From a virus (taxonomy: Duplodnaviria; Caudoviricetes), in IMG/VR virus record IMGVR_UViG_3300032330_001692, positions 29,829 to 93,828 of that record: a stretch of DNA of 64,000 bases. One strand, written 5' to 3'. Below are positions 46,186 to 56,556 of the stretch, piece after piece. The notes under the pieces are model-generated. The model searched no databases, was not told the origin of the DNA, and saw only the letters and a program-made list of their open reading frames with translations. Positions within the stretch are counted from its first letter, which is position 1, and every line of letters begins with the position of its first letter. The position numbers were made by a program, and so were the translations under genes.

Positions 46186-46569
46186 ATGGCTTTGTTTTTC
46201 AATTTAGAAAATCTAGAGAAAGAGGCAGGCCGTGATCCTGTGAAATTTGTAGCTTTACTAAACTATCACTACAAAGGTAACTTGCCAAAGAACCGGTACG
46301 CAAAGTACAAACCAAGCAAATTACCCCTAACTGGATATAGTTTTATACTTAATCCTGGACCAGTGTTTCATCTAGACAACTATGATGTGAACTACGTAGT
46401 TCAATACATTAAACTATGCGCACTGCGCGACTATGCTCACTACAAGTTTCACGGCGTACGATACCTAGATACCACATTCTTTCCAGACTTAAATATAGAT
46501 AAAATTAAATCTAATCCACTGCTAACAATAGCAAACAAACAAATCAATTTTAAATACGAGGACTTATAA
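46186..46569 (+). CDS. conserved T5-like protein upstream of D11
   Basis: LFFN...GYSFILNP...I-x2-NPLL...FKYE. Confidence 0.75.
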   Translation: MALFFNLENLEKEAGRDPVKFVALLNYHYKGNLPKNRYAKYKPSKLPLTGYSFILNPGPVFHLDNYDVNYVVQYIKLCALRDYAHYKFHGVRYLDTTFFPDLNIDKIKSNPLLTIANKQINFKYEDL

Positions 46570-46570
46570 T

Positions 46571-47215
46571 ATGGCTTTAGCATTCACCTCAACCAAGGGC
46601 AAGGCAGGCAGCAACAAGGTAGACGCATTCGAGTACAAAGACGGCGAAAACGTCGTGCGTTTATTTGGCGGAGTTCTTCCCCGCTATGTTTACTGGCTAA
46701 AGGGTACCAACGGCAAAGATATTCCTGTTGAGTGTTTGGCCTTTGATCGTGAAAAGGAAAAGTTCAACAACCTTGAACATGACCATGTGCCTGAGTACTT
46801 TCCAGACAAGAAGTGCTCATGGGCTTACTCAATCAATTGCATTGACGTAAAGAACAACAAAGTAGTTGCGCTGAACTTAAAGAAGAAACTGTTTGAACAG
46901 ATTATTTCTCTTGCAGGCGACTTAGAAGCAGATCCAACCGATCCTGATGAAGGTTGGGATGTTGTGTTCAAGCGTCAAAAGACCGGGCCGTTGCCTTTCA
47001 ACGTAGAGTACACTCTTTCACAGATCAAGAGCAAGAAGCGCAAGCTCAGTGCTGAAGAACGCGAAATGATTGCACAGGCCAAGGATATTGATTCAAAGTT
47101 CCCTCGTCCTACCGCTGATGAAGTCAAGGCCAATCTAGACAAGATTCTAGCTGGCGGTGGTTCAGATGAAGAAGAAGCAGGCACTGACGGCGAAGCCGTT
47201 AAGGATCTAGGTTAA
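46571..47215 (+). CDS. ssDNA-binding protein (T5 D11-like)
   Basis: VLPRYVYW, PVECLAFDR, KTGPLPFNVEY, acidic tail. Confidence 0.88.
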   Translation: MALAFTSTKGKAGSNKVDAFEYKDGENVVRLFGGVLPRYVYWLKGTNGKDIPVECLAFDREKEKFNNLEHDHVPEYFPDKKCSWAYSINCIDVKNNKVVALNLKKKLFEQIISLAGDLEADPTDPDEGWDVVFKRQKTGPLPFNVEYTLSQIKSKKRKLSAEEREMIAQAKDIDSKFPRPTADEVKANLDKILAGGGSDEEEAGTDGEAVKDLG

Positions 47216-47216
47216 T

Positions 47217-47254
47217 AAAAAAAGCCCCTAAAGCTTGTAGTTTTAGGGGCTTTT
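47217..47254 (+). terminator. intrinsic terminator
   Basis: AAAAGCCCCTAAAG...TTTTAGGGGCTTTT. Confidence 0.8.
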
Positions 47255-47263
47255 CCAACTTCT

Positions 47264-47482
47264 ATGAAAACAAAAGATTTAATCAAACAACTCCAGGATA
47301 TGGTTGACGCCCATGAAGAACATATTCCTGTAATGGGCGAACATGAGATAATGATTGATGTATGGGAATTGGTAGACCTAGCCGCGCACAGGTTTGAATA
47401 CAGGGGCTTTAGTCCTAATATTCAAATTACATACAGCTCAGACGGAGTATACCCGCTCCTAGCAGCCAAGGAGTCGTGGTAA
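47264..47482 (+). CDS. hypothetical protein
   Basis: ORF. Confidence 0.55.
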   Translation: MKTKDLIKQLQDMVDAHEEHIPVMGEHEIMIDVWELVDLAAHRFEYRGFSPNIQITYSSDGVYPLLAAKESW

Positions 47483-48435
47483 TGCGAATACTAGCCTCAG
47501 CCGACTGGCACATCAAGCTGGGTCAAAAGAATGTGCCTGTGCCGTGGGCTAAAGCACGATTTCGTGAAATGTTCAGCCAACTGCACAATATATCTCCACA
47601 GGCGGATATTCACATCATCATGGGTGATGTATTTGACAAGTTGCCCTCAATGGAAGAACTAGAGCTGTACTTTGAGTTTGTTGCCGAAGCAGAGATCCCA
47701 ACTTATATCTTTGACGGCAATCACGAAGCCTTAAAGAAGGGTAGTACCTTTTTAAGCAACTTAAAGCAGGTTACTCAGCGAATCAATCCCATGGTAACAG
47801 TCATCGACGACTATTACAGCATTCACGGCATTGACTTTATTCCGTATTGCAGACTAAAAGAATTTGCAAATGGCAAGCACCCTGAATTTACAAACCCGAT
47901 TTGCGTCAGCCACTTTCGCGCTGAAATCCCTCCGCATGTTAAGCCTGAAATCGATTTGCAACTATTTGATCGTTGGTCGGTGGTCATGGCGGGTGATCTG
48001 CACAGTTACGATAATTGTCAACGTAATATTTTGTATCCAGGGTCCCCTGTCACCACTAGCTTCCATCGCCAGCGGGTCGATACAGGTGTTATTCTACTGG
48101 ACACTACTACGCTTAGTCATCGGTGGATCAAACTAGAACTGCCACAGCTGATCCGAAAAACCATTCATGCAGGTGAGCCTACTCCTGCCACAATCTACGA
48201 TCACACAATCTACGAGATTGAAGGTGATATGTCGGAGCTGAGTTCGGTAGAAGACAGCGACCTAATCGACAAAAAGGTAGTGCGCAGAGAAACTGACACT
48301 ACCTTGATCCTAGAACCTGACATGACTTTAACACAAGAAGTAGACGAGTACCTCAGGTATGTGTTACAACTCGGTGACGACACCGTGGAACAAGTTTTAA
48401 AGGAATTAAATAATTATGCAAGCCAACTTGAATAG
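47482..48435 (+). CDS. SbcD/Mre11-like nuclease (T5 D12-like)
   Basis: ADWHIKLGQKNVP, GD-x-FD, GNHE, GDLH, YPGSP. Confidence 0.92.
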   Translation: MRILASADWHIKLGQKNVPVPWAKARFREMFSQLHNISPQADIHIIMGDVFDKLPSMEELELYFEFVAEAEIPTYIFDGNHEALKKGSTFLSNLKQVTQRINPMVTVIDDYYSIHGIDFIPYCRLKEFANGKHPEFTNPICVSHFRAEIPPHVKPEIDLQLFDRWSVVMAGDLHSYDNCQRNILYPGSPVTTSFHRQRVDTGVILLDTTTLSHRWIKLELPQLIRKTIHAGEPTPATIYDHTIYEIEGDMSELSSVEDSDLIDKKVVRRETDTTLILEPDMTLTQEVDEYLRYVLQLGDDTVEQVLKELNNYASQLE

Positions 48436-48682
48436 TGCCATTGTGTACAGCCAAGACAATTGCCAAGGGTGCGAAACTGCCAAAGCCTTGCTGCGCCAAT
48501 ATAATTTCAACGTCGAAGAACGCAAACTTGCCCAAACAGGTCCTTGGACTAAAAAGACTCTACAAGAGCACTTGCCTGGTGTGCGGTCAGTTCCACAAAT
48601 CGTAATCGGCGACAAGCACGTTGGTGGTTTAGCAGAGCTGCAAAAAGCCTTGCAAAGTGGTTTGCTGGAAATGGATTGGTAA
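48416..48682 (+). CDS. glutaredoxin
   Basis: CQGC, SVPQI, GG. Confidence 0.88.
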   Translation: MQANLNSAIVYSQDNCQGCETAKALLRQYNFNVEERKLAQTGPWTKKTLQEHLPGVRSVPQIVIGDKHVGGLAELQKALQSGLLEMDW

Positions 48683-48683
48683 C

Positions 48684-50477
48684 ATGATCGTATTAGGAAA
48701 AATGCGATGGGGTAATTTGTTTAGTTATGGTGATGACAATGAGCTAGACTTTTCCAGCAGTCCGCTTACTCAGATTTTGGGTGCTAACGGACATGGTAAG
48801 TCTAGCATAGCCTTAATCCTAGAAGAGTGTTTGTACAACAAAAACTCAAAAGGAATTAAGAAAGCAGACATTTTAAATCGTAACTCCACAGCAAAGAACT
48901 ACTGGATCGAGCTACAATTCAACCGTGATTTAGACAGCTATGTGATTAAAACCACTCGCGGCAGTACACAGACTGTAAAGCTGTTGAAAAATGGTGAAGA
49001 CCAAAGTTCACACACTGCTACTGCTACATACAAAACCATTGAACAAATCATTGGTTACGATCACAAAACTTTTGCACAGATCGTGTATCAAAGCAGTGCT
49101 GCTAGCTTGGAGTTTTTAACTGCCACAGACTCCAATCGCAAGAAGTTTTTGATTGACTTGCTGAATTTGTCGAAGTATGTTGAAGCCTTAGAAATCTTCA
49201 AAGCTGCCTCAAAAGACATTGCAGAGCGTGTTACAATTGTGTCCACTAAAGTTTCCAGCAATGAAACCTGGCTTAAAAAGTACAGCAGCACTGACTTAGA
49301 CTTAGTGGAAATTCAATCTGTTCCAGAAACACCCACACACTTAGTGCAAGAAGTTTCTGATTTAACTGCACAGATCACCAACATTGATCAAGCCAACAAA
49401 AAGATTGTACAAAATAACACGTACAAAGAACTTTTATTAGGCGTAAAGTTAGATACTTCTGTGAAGAAGCCTGATGCAAATCTAGAAGAACTAAAAACTC
49501 ACAAGATCGAGCTGGCACAAACTGCTAAAAATGCAGAGACTTTTGTAAGCCGAATGCGTAAGCTGGGCAGCCGTTGTGTTACTTGTGAACAAAACATTGA
49601 CAAAGAAAAAGTCAACGAAATTGTTGAAACACACACCAGCATCTACAAAACTGCCACACAACAAGTCACAGAACTCACCAAAGCCATCACACAAGCTCAA
49701 GCAGAAAAGAAAGCGTGGGATGACCAAGTAACGGCAAAAGAGCAGTACGAAGAATATCACAGTTTGTATGATCCCAGCTTAAATACTCAGGTACTAGACA
49801 AGCAGGAACTAGAAGCGTTAATCAAACGTAATAATCTGGCCATAGAACAAGTAAACAAGCAGATTAAAACTATTACTGCTGCAAACACGCAAGCAGCAGC
49901 GCACAATGCCAGAGTAGAAGTAATAAAAAGTCAACTTCTAGAAATGAGTGCGGAACTTGAGCTGTACAAAGCAGAGCTAGAAACACACACTCAAAAACTG
50001 GGCGTTATGCAAGTTCTGGTAAAAACTTTCAGCAGCACAGGTTTAGTAGCCTACAAGATCGAGTGTTTAATCAAAGATCTAGAAGAACAAACTAACCGGT
50101 ACTTAAACGAGTTGTCGTCAGGTAGATTTCAGCTCAGCTTTCGCATTGCAGCAAGCGACAAGCTAAATGTTGTGATCACAGACGGCGATCGTGACATTGA
50201 CATTCTGGCTTTGAGCAGCGGTGAACGTGCACGAGTAAATGTGTCTGCGTTACTAGGCATTCGCAGACTAATGCAGAGTTTAAGTAATAGTCGGATCAAT
50301 CTGCTAATCTTAGACGAAACAATTGAAAATCTAGATCGTGAAGGCAAAGAAAAGCTGGTAGAAGTGTTACTAGCAGAAGATCATTTAAACACCTTTGTTA
50401 TCTCGCATGGTTTCGAGCATCCGTTACTTGAAAAGATTCACGTAGTAAAAACAAAGAATATTTCAAGGATTGAATAA
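48684..50477 (+). CDS. SbcC/Rad50-like ATPase (T5 D13-like)
   Basis: GANGHGKSS, coiled coil with CxxC, LSSGE, LDE, SH. Confidence 0.93.
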   Translation: MIVLGKMRWGNLFSYGDDNELDFSSSPLTQILGANGHGKSSIALILEECLYNKNSKGIKKADILNRNSTAKNYWIELQFNRDLDSYVIKTTRGSTQTVKLLKNGEDQSSHTATATYKTIEQIIGYDHKTFAQIVYQSSAASLEFLTATDSNRKKFLIDLLNLSKYVEALEIFKAASKDIAERVTIVSTKVSSNETWLKKYSSTDLDLVEIQSVPETPTHLVQEVSDLTAQITNIDQANKKIVQNNTYKELLLGVKLDTSVKKPDANLEELKTHKIELAQTAKNAETFVSRMRKLGSRCVTCEQNIDKEKVNEIVETHTSIYKTATQQVTELTKAITQAQAEKKAWDDQVTAKEQYEEYHSLYDPSLNTQVLDKQELEALIKRNNLAIEQVNKQIKTITAANTQAAAHNARVEVIKSQLLEMSAELELYKAELETHTQKLGVMQVLVKTFSSTGLVAYKIECLIKDLEEQTNRYLNELSSGRFQLSFRIAASDKLNVVITDGDRDIDILALSSGERARVNVSALLGIRRLMQSLSNSRINLLILDETIENLDREGKEKLVEVLLAEDHLNTFVISHGFEHPLLEKIHVVKTKNISRIE

Positions 50478-51178
50478 TGGTAGATATATGTTACTTATAC
50501 ATAATTAGACATAAAGTCAAGCCTATAGTTTATATAGGCTTGAGTAATAATACTAACACAAGATTTAGAGAACATAAAAATAGTAGTAGCAATAGTTTAT
50601 TAAGATCTTACATAAGTGAATATGGTGCAGACGCATTTACTTATACTGTACTGACATCAGATACACGAAGTAGCATCGAAGAATTAGAAGAATTAGTAAT
50701 TACGGAAGCTAAACTACTAAATAGACTTATTGTATGTAATAAATTAATAGGCAGTGTAAATATAGGGGATAGTTGTCAGAAGGGTTCACAACATTGGAAT
50801 GCAGGTCTGTGTGAACAAGATGTACAAGATATTAGAAGTATATATGCTCAAGGGGGAATAACACAGAAACAAATAGGTGAAATATATAATTTATCTAATA
50901 AAGTTATTTCTAAAATTACATCGGGCGATCGCTGGGCACATGTAGAAGCTCCTATAAGCACTAATTTACGAACTAATAAAGTAGCTAATAGACGTAAAAT
51001 ATCTGATACACAAGTAGAGGAATTACGTAATATAGCGCAAGAGCAGGCCAAATTAGGTATTTTAAACATGGAGACTTTAGCTCAGAAATATAAGGTAGCT
51101 AGAGGTAGTATTCGTTTAATATTGAACGGTACTAGCTATCCTAATTTAAAAGGTCCGATTAGAGGAGTAGACTATTAA
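50477..51178 (+). mobile_element. free-standing GIY-YIG homing endonuclease
   Basis: YLY...VYIG...R-x2-EH plus repeated HTH modules; AT-rich. Confidence 0.8.
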
Positions 51179-51642
51179 TGGGTACTAATCCTAGCAAAGA
51201 TAAAGGCAGTCGTGCTGAAACTTTAGTAAAAGAGGTTTTACGTAAAGCTACTGGATTACCTTTTGAGAGAACCCCGCTATCTGGAGCTTTAGATGCTAAA
51301 CACGGTTTAAAATCTGATGTTTATGTGCCTAAAGAAAAGAATCTATTTTCTATAGAAGTTAAACATTATAGTTCTACCTACTTAGACTATTCAGTACTTA
51401 CTAGTAATAATTCTACTTTACTAACTTGGTGGGAGCAGAGTAAAAGGGAAGCTTTTCAAAATGGTAATAAACCTTTACTCATATATAAGCATGATAGGTC
51501 AAAAATATTTGTTGCGTTTGAAGAAGAACCTAAAAATTTAGACGCATATAGATGGATTTTGATCAATCATGAAAAAGGTATTTTTTATACTTCTTTATTG
51601 GATGATTGGTTAAAACACGAACAACCAAAATTTATTGCTTGA
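51178..51642 (+). CDS. PD-(D/E)xK resolvase-like protein (T5 D14-like)
   Basis: KG-x-RAE, ERTP-x-SGA, IEVK, WWEQ. Confidence 0.88.
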   Translation: MGTNPSKDKGSRAETLVKEVLRKATGLPFERTPLSGALDAKHGLKSDVYVPKEKNLFSIEVKHYSSTYLDYSVLTSNNSTLLTWWEQSKREAFQNGNKPLLIYKHDRSKIFVAFEEEPKNLDAYRWILINHEKGIFYTSLLDDWLKHEQPKFIA

Positions 51643-51690
51643 AATACAGGGCCTACTCTGCTATAATAATCAATTAAACATCATATAAAC

Positions 51691-52545
51691 ATGGCTAAAA
51701 CATTTCAAACAATGAGCGAGCTTGATCCCCAAGTCTTAATGATCGTGGACAGCCTCAACTTGGCATTCCGCTACAAGCACTCAGGTGCCTTAGACTTTGT
51801 AGACGACTATCGCCGCACAGTTGACAGCCTGCGCAAATCGTATAATGCAGGCAAAGTAGTAATGGCTTGTGATTCTGGTGCCAGCAAGTACCGCAAAGAA
51901 TTGTATCCCTTATACAAACAGAATCGCAAAGACAAGCAAGATCTGCAAACCCCCGAAGAAGAAGCTGAATTTCAACTTTTCTTTGAAGAATTTAACAGAA
52001 CCATGGAGACTTATAACACAGGGTCATATCCCTTGTTTAGGTTTCCAGGCGTTGAGGCCGACGACGTGGCCAGTTATATCGTAAAAACTCGTCGACACTA
52101 CCCCATTGATAAAATTATTTTAATTTCCAGCGACCGAGATTATGACCTGCTGGTCTCTGAACACGTAATGCGGTTCAGTTACGTAACACGCAAGGAAACA
52201 ACACTTGATAACTGGAGCACTCACTATGACTGTGATCCAGAGGAATATATTTCTATTAAATGCTTGCAGGGTGACTCAGGCGACAATGTACCAGGAGTAC
52301 CAGGAATTGGACCCAAACGAGCCGCAGAACTGGTCAAAAAGTACGGTAGTACTTATGACATTATTGCCAGTATGCCTATCTCTGGCAAGTATAAGTATAT
52401 TGATAATTTAAACCAGTTTGGTAGTGAAGCACTGATGCTGAACTACAAACTAATGGATTTACTAGAGTTCTGTGATGAAGCCGTTGGCTCACAGAACTGC
52501 AAAAAGATTGATGATGTTTTGAAAGAGTATTTAAATGGTAAATGA
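51691..52545 (+). CDS. flap endonuclease / 5'-3' exonuclease (T5 D15-like)
   Basis: NLAFR, YK-x-NR, GVEADD, GDSGDNVPGVPGIGPKRA. Confidence 0.95.
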   Translation: MAKTFQTMSELDPQVLMIVDSLNLAFRYKHSGALDFVDDYRRTVDSLRKSYNAGKVVMACDSGASKYRKELYPLYKQNRKDKQDLQTPEEEAEFQLFFEEFNRTMETYNTGSYPLFRFPGVEADDVASYIVKTRRHYPIDKIILISSDRDYDLLVSEHVMRFSYVTRKETTLDNWSTHYDCDPEEYISIKCLQGDSGDNVPGVPGIGPKRAAELVKKYGSTYDIIASMPISGKYKYIDNLNQFGSEALMLNYKLMDLLEFCDEAVGSQNCKKIDDVLKEYLNGK

Positions 52546-52981
52546 ATTACAAGTGCGCTTGGAGCGCTCAGAGCTAGAGCCTACACGAGCTAATCCCACA
52601 GATGCAGGGCTAGACTTGCGTAGTAAAAATACAGTACACTTAGAAGTGGGAAAACGTACTCTGGTTGGCACAGGAGTACAAGTTAAGATTCCAACAGGAT
52701 ACGTAGGATTACTGGTACCTCGCAGCTCTTTGAGCAAACGCGACATTGCCATGACTAACAGTGTTGGCATCATTGACTCAGACTACCGTGGTGAAATCAT
52801 GGCTAGTTTAGTGTATTGGGGCACAGAAGCTACAGGTACAATTGAACAAAATGAACGTATTGTTCAGCTAGTTGTTGTACCCATTGCATTGCCAGACGTA
52901 CTGGTACGGCGTCAAGACGATGAAACATGGAACGACACCCAACGCGGTGTTGGTGGATTTGGAAGCACAGGGAAACTATAA
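52535..52981 (+). CDS. dut: dUTPase
   Basis: AGLDL, PRSS, GIIDSDYRGE, RG-x-GGFGSTG. Confidence 0.96.
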   Translation: MVNELQVRLERSELEPTRANPTDAGLDLRSKNTVHLEVGKRTLVGTGVQVKIPTGYVGLLVPRSSLSKRDIAMTNSVGIIDSDYRGEIMASLVYWGTEATGTIEQNERIVQLVVVPIALPDVLVRRQDDETWNDTQRGVGGFGSTGKL

Positions 52982-54837
52982 TGAACGATAAACAAGCACT
53001 ATCAGATATTACCGTATTTAACAAATACGCCAGATTCAATCATGACCACAATCGGCGTGAAAACTGGACTGAGATTGTAACTCGCAACTCAGACATGCAC
53101 AAAGCCAAGTATCCTCACATGGCTCAGCAAATCGACAAGATCTACAACAAGTTTGTGCACACCAAGCGCGTGTTGCCCTCAATGCGCTCGCTGCAGTTTG
53201 GTGGACGTCCGATTTTGATGGCCGAAAATCGCATCTTCAACTGTGCCTACGCGCCTGCAGAGTCAACCAAGTTTTTCAGTGAACTGATGTTCCTGTTACT
53301 AGGCGGCACAGGCATGGGTTATTCTGTACAGCGCAGACACGTAGGCAAACTGCCTAAAGTAAAAACTCCTGAGTCAGACGAAGAATACAAGTATCAGGTA
53401 CAAGATTCAATTGTAGGCTGGAGCGATGCGGTTAAAGTTGTGTGCAAAGCATTCTTTAATGCTGGTACACTGCCCATATTCGACTACCGCGATATTCGTG
53501 AAAAAGGCGCTGAATTAATCACAACAGGCGGTCAAGCTCCAGGACCAGAACCACTGCGCATTTGTATTGAACGTTTAACAGTTATCCTGCGTGCAGCTGT
53601 GGGCCGCAAATTGGAGCCTGTGGAAGTACACGACATGGCCTGCGTGATTGCAGATGCTGTGCTGGCCGGTGGTATTAGACGTGCTGCCATGATTTGCCTT
53701 TTCGATCGTGATGATGAAATGATGCTTACCTGCAAAGCCGGTGAGTGGTGGATCACACATCCTGCTCGTGCTCGTGCAAACAATTCAGCTGTGCTGCCTC
53801 GCGGTGAAGTTTCAGAGCAAGAGTTCGCAGACTTGATGACCAGAATCAAAGAATCTGGCTGTGGTGAGCCTGGTGTGTACTGGACCAACAACAAAGACTG
53901 GGGTACCAATCCTTGTGTGGAAATTGCACTGCGTCCTTATCAGATGTGTAATTTGACCGAAATCAACGCAGATGCAACACGTACACAACGTGACTTAAAT
54001 GAAGCAGCAGCAGCCGCAGCGTTTATTGGCACACTGCAAGCAGGTTACACAGATTTCCATTACCTGAATCCCAAGTGGAAGCTGGCTTGTGAAAAGGACG
54101 CGCTCTTAGGCGTTTCAATGACCGGCATTGCCAGTGGCTTTGTGGAAAAGCTAGACATGACTTGGGCAGCTGAGTGTGTAAAAGAAACTAATCAAGACAT
54201 TGCCCAACAAATTGGCATCAATCCTGCAGCACGTACCACTTGCGTTAAGCCAGCTGGTACTACTAGCCTAGTACTAGGAACCAGTTCAGGTATTCACGCT
54301 TGGCATGCTGATTTTTACATTCGCCGTATGCGTGCAGGTAAGGATGAAGCTCTGGCTCAGTACTTGATGAAGGCTGCTCCTGGACTGGTAGAACAAGATG
54401 TAATGGTTCCACATCAAGTTGTACTCAGCTTCCCTCAGCGTGCTCCCCAAGGTGCTAAAGTACGCACAGAGTCAATGCGGAGTTTACTTGATCGTGTAAA
54501 GAATGTAAGTCAAAACTGGGTTGCTCCAGGACACAACAATGGTGTTAACCAACACAATGTATCGTGTACTATTTCTGTGCTGGACAATGAGTGGCCTGAG
54601 CTAGGCGCATGGATGTGGCAGAATCGTGACCACTACAATGGTATCTCTGTGCTGCCTTACTTTGGTGCTGCTGCTTATCCTCAGCTGCCTTTTGAAGATA
54701 TTACTGAACAGCAATACTTGGAAATGCTTCCACTCTTAGAATCTGTGGACATTTCAAAGGTATTTGAATCGGACGGCAATCAAGTTGACTTGGCTGCTGA
54801 ATTAGCTTGTGCTGGTGGAGCTTGTGAGATCGTATGA
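52981..54837 (+). CDS. nrdJ: class II (B12-dependent) ribonucleotide reductase
   Basis: FNC, GGIRRAA, TNPCVEI, CNL, VKPAGT, C-terminal ACAGGACE. Confidence 0.92.
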   Translation: MNDKQALSDITVFNKYARFNHDHNRRENWTEIVTRNSDMHKAKYPHMAQQIDKIYNKFVHTKRVLPSMRSLQFGGRPILMAENRIFNCAYAPAESTKFFSELMFLLLGGTGMGYSVQRRHVGKLPKVKTPESDEEYKYQVQDSIVGWSDAVKVVCKAFFNAGTLPIFDYRDIREKGAELITTGGQAPGPEPLRICIERLTVILRAAVGRKLEPVEVHDMACVIADAVLAGGIRRAAMICLFDRDDEMMLTCKAGEWWITHPARARANNSAVLPRGEVSEQEFADLMTRIKESGCGEPGVYWTNNKDWGTNPCVEIALRPYQMCNLTEINADATRTQRDLNEAAAAAAFIGTLQAGYTDFHYLNPKWKLACEKDALLGVSMTGIASGFVEKLDMTWAAECVKETNQDIAQQIGINPAARTTCVKPAGTTSLVLGTSSGIHAWHADFYIRRMRAGKDEALAQYLMKAAPGLVEQDVMVPHQVVLSFPQRAPQGAKVRTESMRSLLDRVKNVSQNWVAPGHNNGVNQHNVSCTISVLDNEWPELGAWMWQNRDHYNGISVLPYFGAAAYPQLPFEDITEQQYLEMLPLLESVDISKVFESDGNQVDLAAELACAGGACEIV

Positions 54838-55040
54838 TGCAACCATATCAACAACGCGTAGTTCAAGAACATGACGAACTTTATGTTCGGTGGGTTCGTC
54901 TAGGCAAGTTCTTGGGTGATGCCACGCAAGAACAAGTAGATGAAATGGGTATTGAAGAATACCGACGTTTAAGCATGCAGTACACTATTATGGGACAGTA
55001 TTGTTCCATACTAGCTGAACGTATTGATAATTTCAAGTAA
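54834..55040 (+). CDS. crAss001_48-like helical hairpin protein
   Basis: QQRVV-x-E-x2-EL...Q-x3-M-x2-Y-x2-IL-x-ERI. Confidence 0.6.
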   Translation: MMQPYQQRVVQEHDELYVRWVRLGKFLGDATQEQVDEMGIEEYRRLSMQYTIMGQYCSILAERIDNFK

Positions 55041-55042
55041 AA

Positions 55043-55080
55043 GAAAAGCCCCTTAACTGTACTGGTTAAGGGGCTTTTTA
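55043..55080. terminator. bidirectional terminator between early and late blocks
   Basis: AAAAGCCCCTTAAC...GTTAAGGGGCTTTT. Confidence 0.85.
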
Positions 55081-55084
55081 CTGC

Positions 55085-55345
55085 TTACTTGACGTGTTCT
55101 TTTACATAAGTTACAAATTCTTCAGCTAACATAGACAGTGAAGTCTTTCCTTGTTCGCTACGTAAAAAGTCGTTTACTTTGTTTAAGTTCATAGACAAGC
55201 AAACTTGCTGATCTACAGTTAAGGCTTGCCCAAAAGAAACATACGTATCAAACTTCTGAAGAGCACTTAGCACGGCAACTGGATTGCTGCGAACAGCATG
55301 TACCAGCATTTCGGGAGTGATAACTTTTAATAGATCAGCGAGCAT
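55085..55345 (-). CDS. hypothetical protein
   Basis: packed operon. Confidence 0.65.
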   Translation of the reverse strand: MLADLLKVITPEMLVHAVRSNPVAVLSALQKFDTYVSFGQALTVDQQVCLSMNLNKVNDFLRSEQGKTSLSMLAEEFVTYVKEHVK

Positions 55346-55346
55346 A

Positions 55347-56537
55347 TTACTGGTTTACGCGAGTGTTAGCAGCAGTTTGTGAGTTACCTGACACAGTACC
55401 AGAGCCGATGTTTAGAACACCTTGTTGGATGTGTTGGTTTTGCTGGTACAGAGCTTGTAGATGAGCACCTAGCACAGCAAGTTGCTGAGCTTGTTGCTGA
55501 GCTTGTTGTTGCTGAGCTACGGCTTGAGCAGTGTTTGTGTTGCTGATGGTGATGTTACCTTCAGTGGCACGTAGACGACCTTCGTTGCGTAGTTCGGTTA
55601 CTTCGTTGGCTAGATTGGTGATTAGGCGTGAATCGTTGGTTTTGTCGATTGACTGGATTAAGGCACGAGTCTTGTCACCGTCATTTGTAATAGCTTGATT
55701 TAGCAGCCATGAGCTTTGTAGAGCTTGAGTTGCTGCGTCTTTGGTAGCCAACAGATTGGCTGTACCTTGAGCTACAACTGTTGCTGCAGTGTCAGAGAAT
55801 CCTTTTTGATTCATCTGAGTTTGCATGTTTAGGTTAGCCATTACTTGATCATTGACATTACGTACAATGTTACCAGTTGAAGCTGTGCTTTGTGCAATTG
55901 AATTGTTTAAGTCCATTTGAGCACCAGCTAGTGCTAGCTGAACTTGTGACTCTGCTAGGGGAATAGCTGCTTTAACATCTGCAAGTTGCGACATAATCGC
56001 AGCATTGTTAACAACTGATTCAACACCTTGTAGTGTTGCTGGCGCACCGATATCACCGCCCCCAAAACCGTCTAAGCCTCTGCGGCCTAGTAGAGCGGTG
56101 CCTAAGATACCGCCCACTAAGCCGGCCCCAAGCCCACCACCAAGTGCGCCACCCATCCCCGCGTTCGGGTTTGCAAATAAATTTACTGTTTCCATTGGAT
56201 TCATGATTTTTCCTTGATTGATTTCTGTGCCAGTATAGGCACTTGGTTCACTTGCCGCAACATCCATAACTGCAGGACGTTGTGCTACTTGTAGGGTACT
56301 CGTGCTATCGCCATACTGTATAGTAACAGTAGAATCCGATTCACTAGATCCTTTAATTTCAAAATAAACAACATCGCCTGCTCTTCCATATAGTCGATCC
56401 AAAGGTTTAGCCTCTTGATCGTTGATGTATGCGTGGACTTTTGTTGTGGCAGGTTGCATACTTACCAAGATCATACCATCTGTTGGTATAGTGACCCGGT
56501 TAGTAATGCCGCCCAATGATTCTGTTAATGACCACAT
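55347..56537 (-). CDS. Gly/Ala/Gln-rich protein, second in-frame start at 56204
   Basis: aagga RBS before both ATGs. Confidence 0.65.
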   Translation of the reverse strand: MWSLTESLGGITNRVTIPTDGMILVSMQPATTKVHAYINDQEAKPLDRLYGRAGDVVYFEIKGSSESDSTVTIQYGDSTSTLQVAQRPAVMDVAASEPSAYTGTEINQGKIMNPMETVNLFANPNAGMGGALGGGLGAGLVGGILGTALLGRRGLDGFGGGDIGAPATLQGVESVVNNAAIMSQLADVKAAIPLAESQVQLALAGAQMDLNNSIAQSTASTGNIVRNVNDQVMANLNMQTQMNQKGFSDTAATVVAQGTANLLATKDAATQALQSSWLLNQAITNDGDKTRALIQSIDKTNDSRLITNLANEVTELRNEGRLRATEGNITISNTNTAQAVAQQQQAQQQAQQLAVLGAHLQALYQQNQHIQQGVLNIGSGTVSGNSQTAANTRVNQ

Positions 56538-56556
56538 CGTTGTTCCTTGCTGAGAG

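Noticed and set aside
41580-54837. Inteins or introns in pol, helicases or RNR
   Set aside because: Lengths and motif spacing look normal; no splice motifs noticed.
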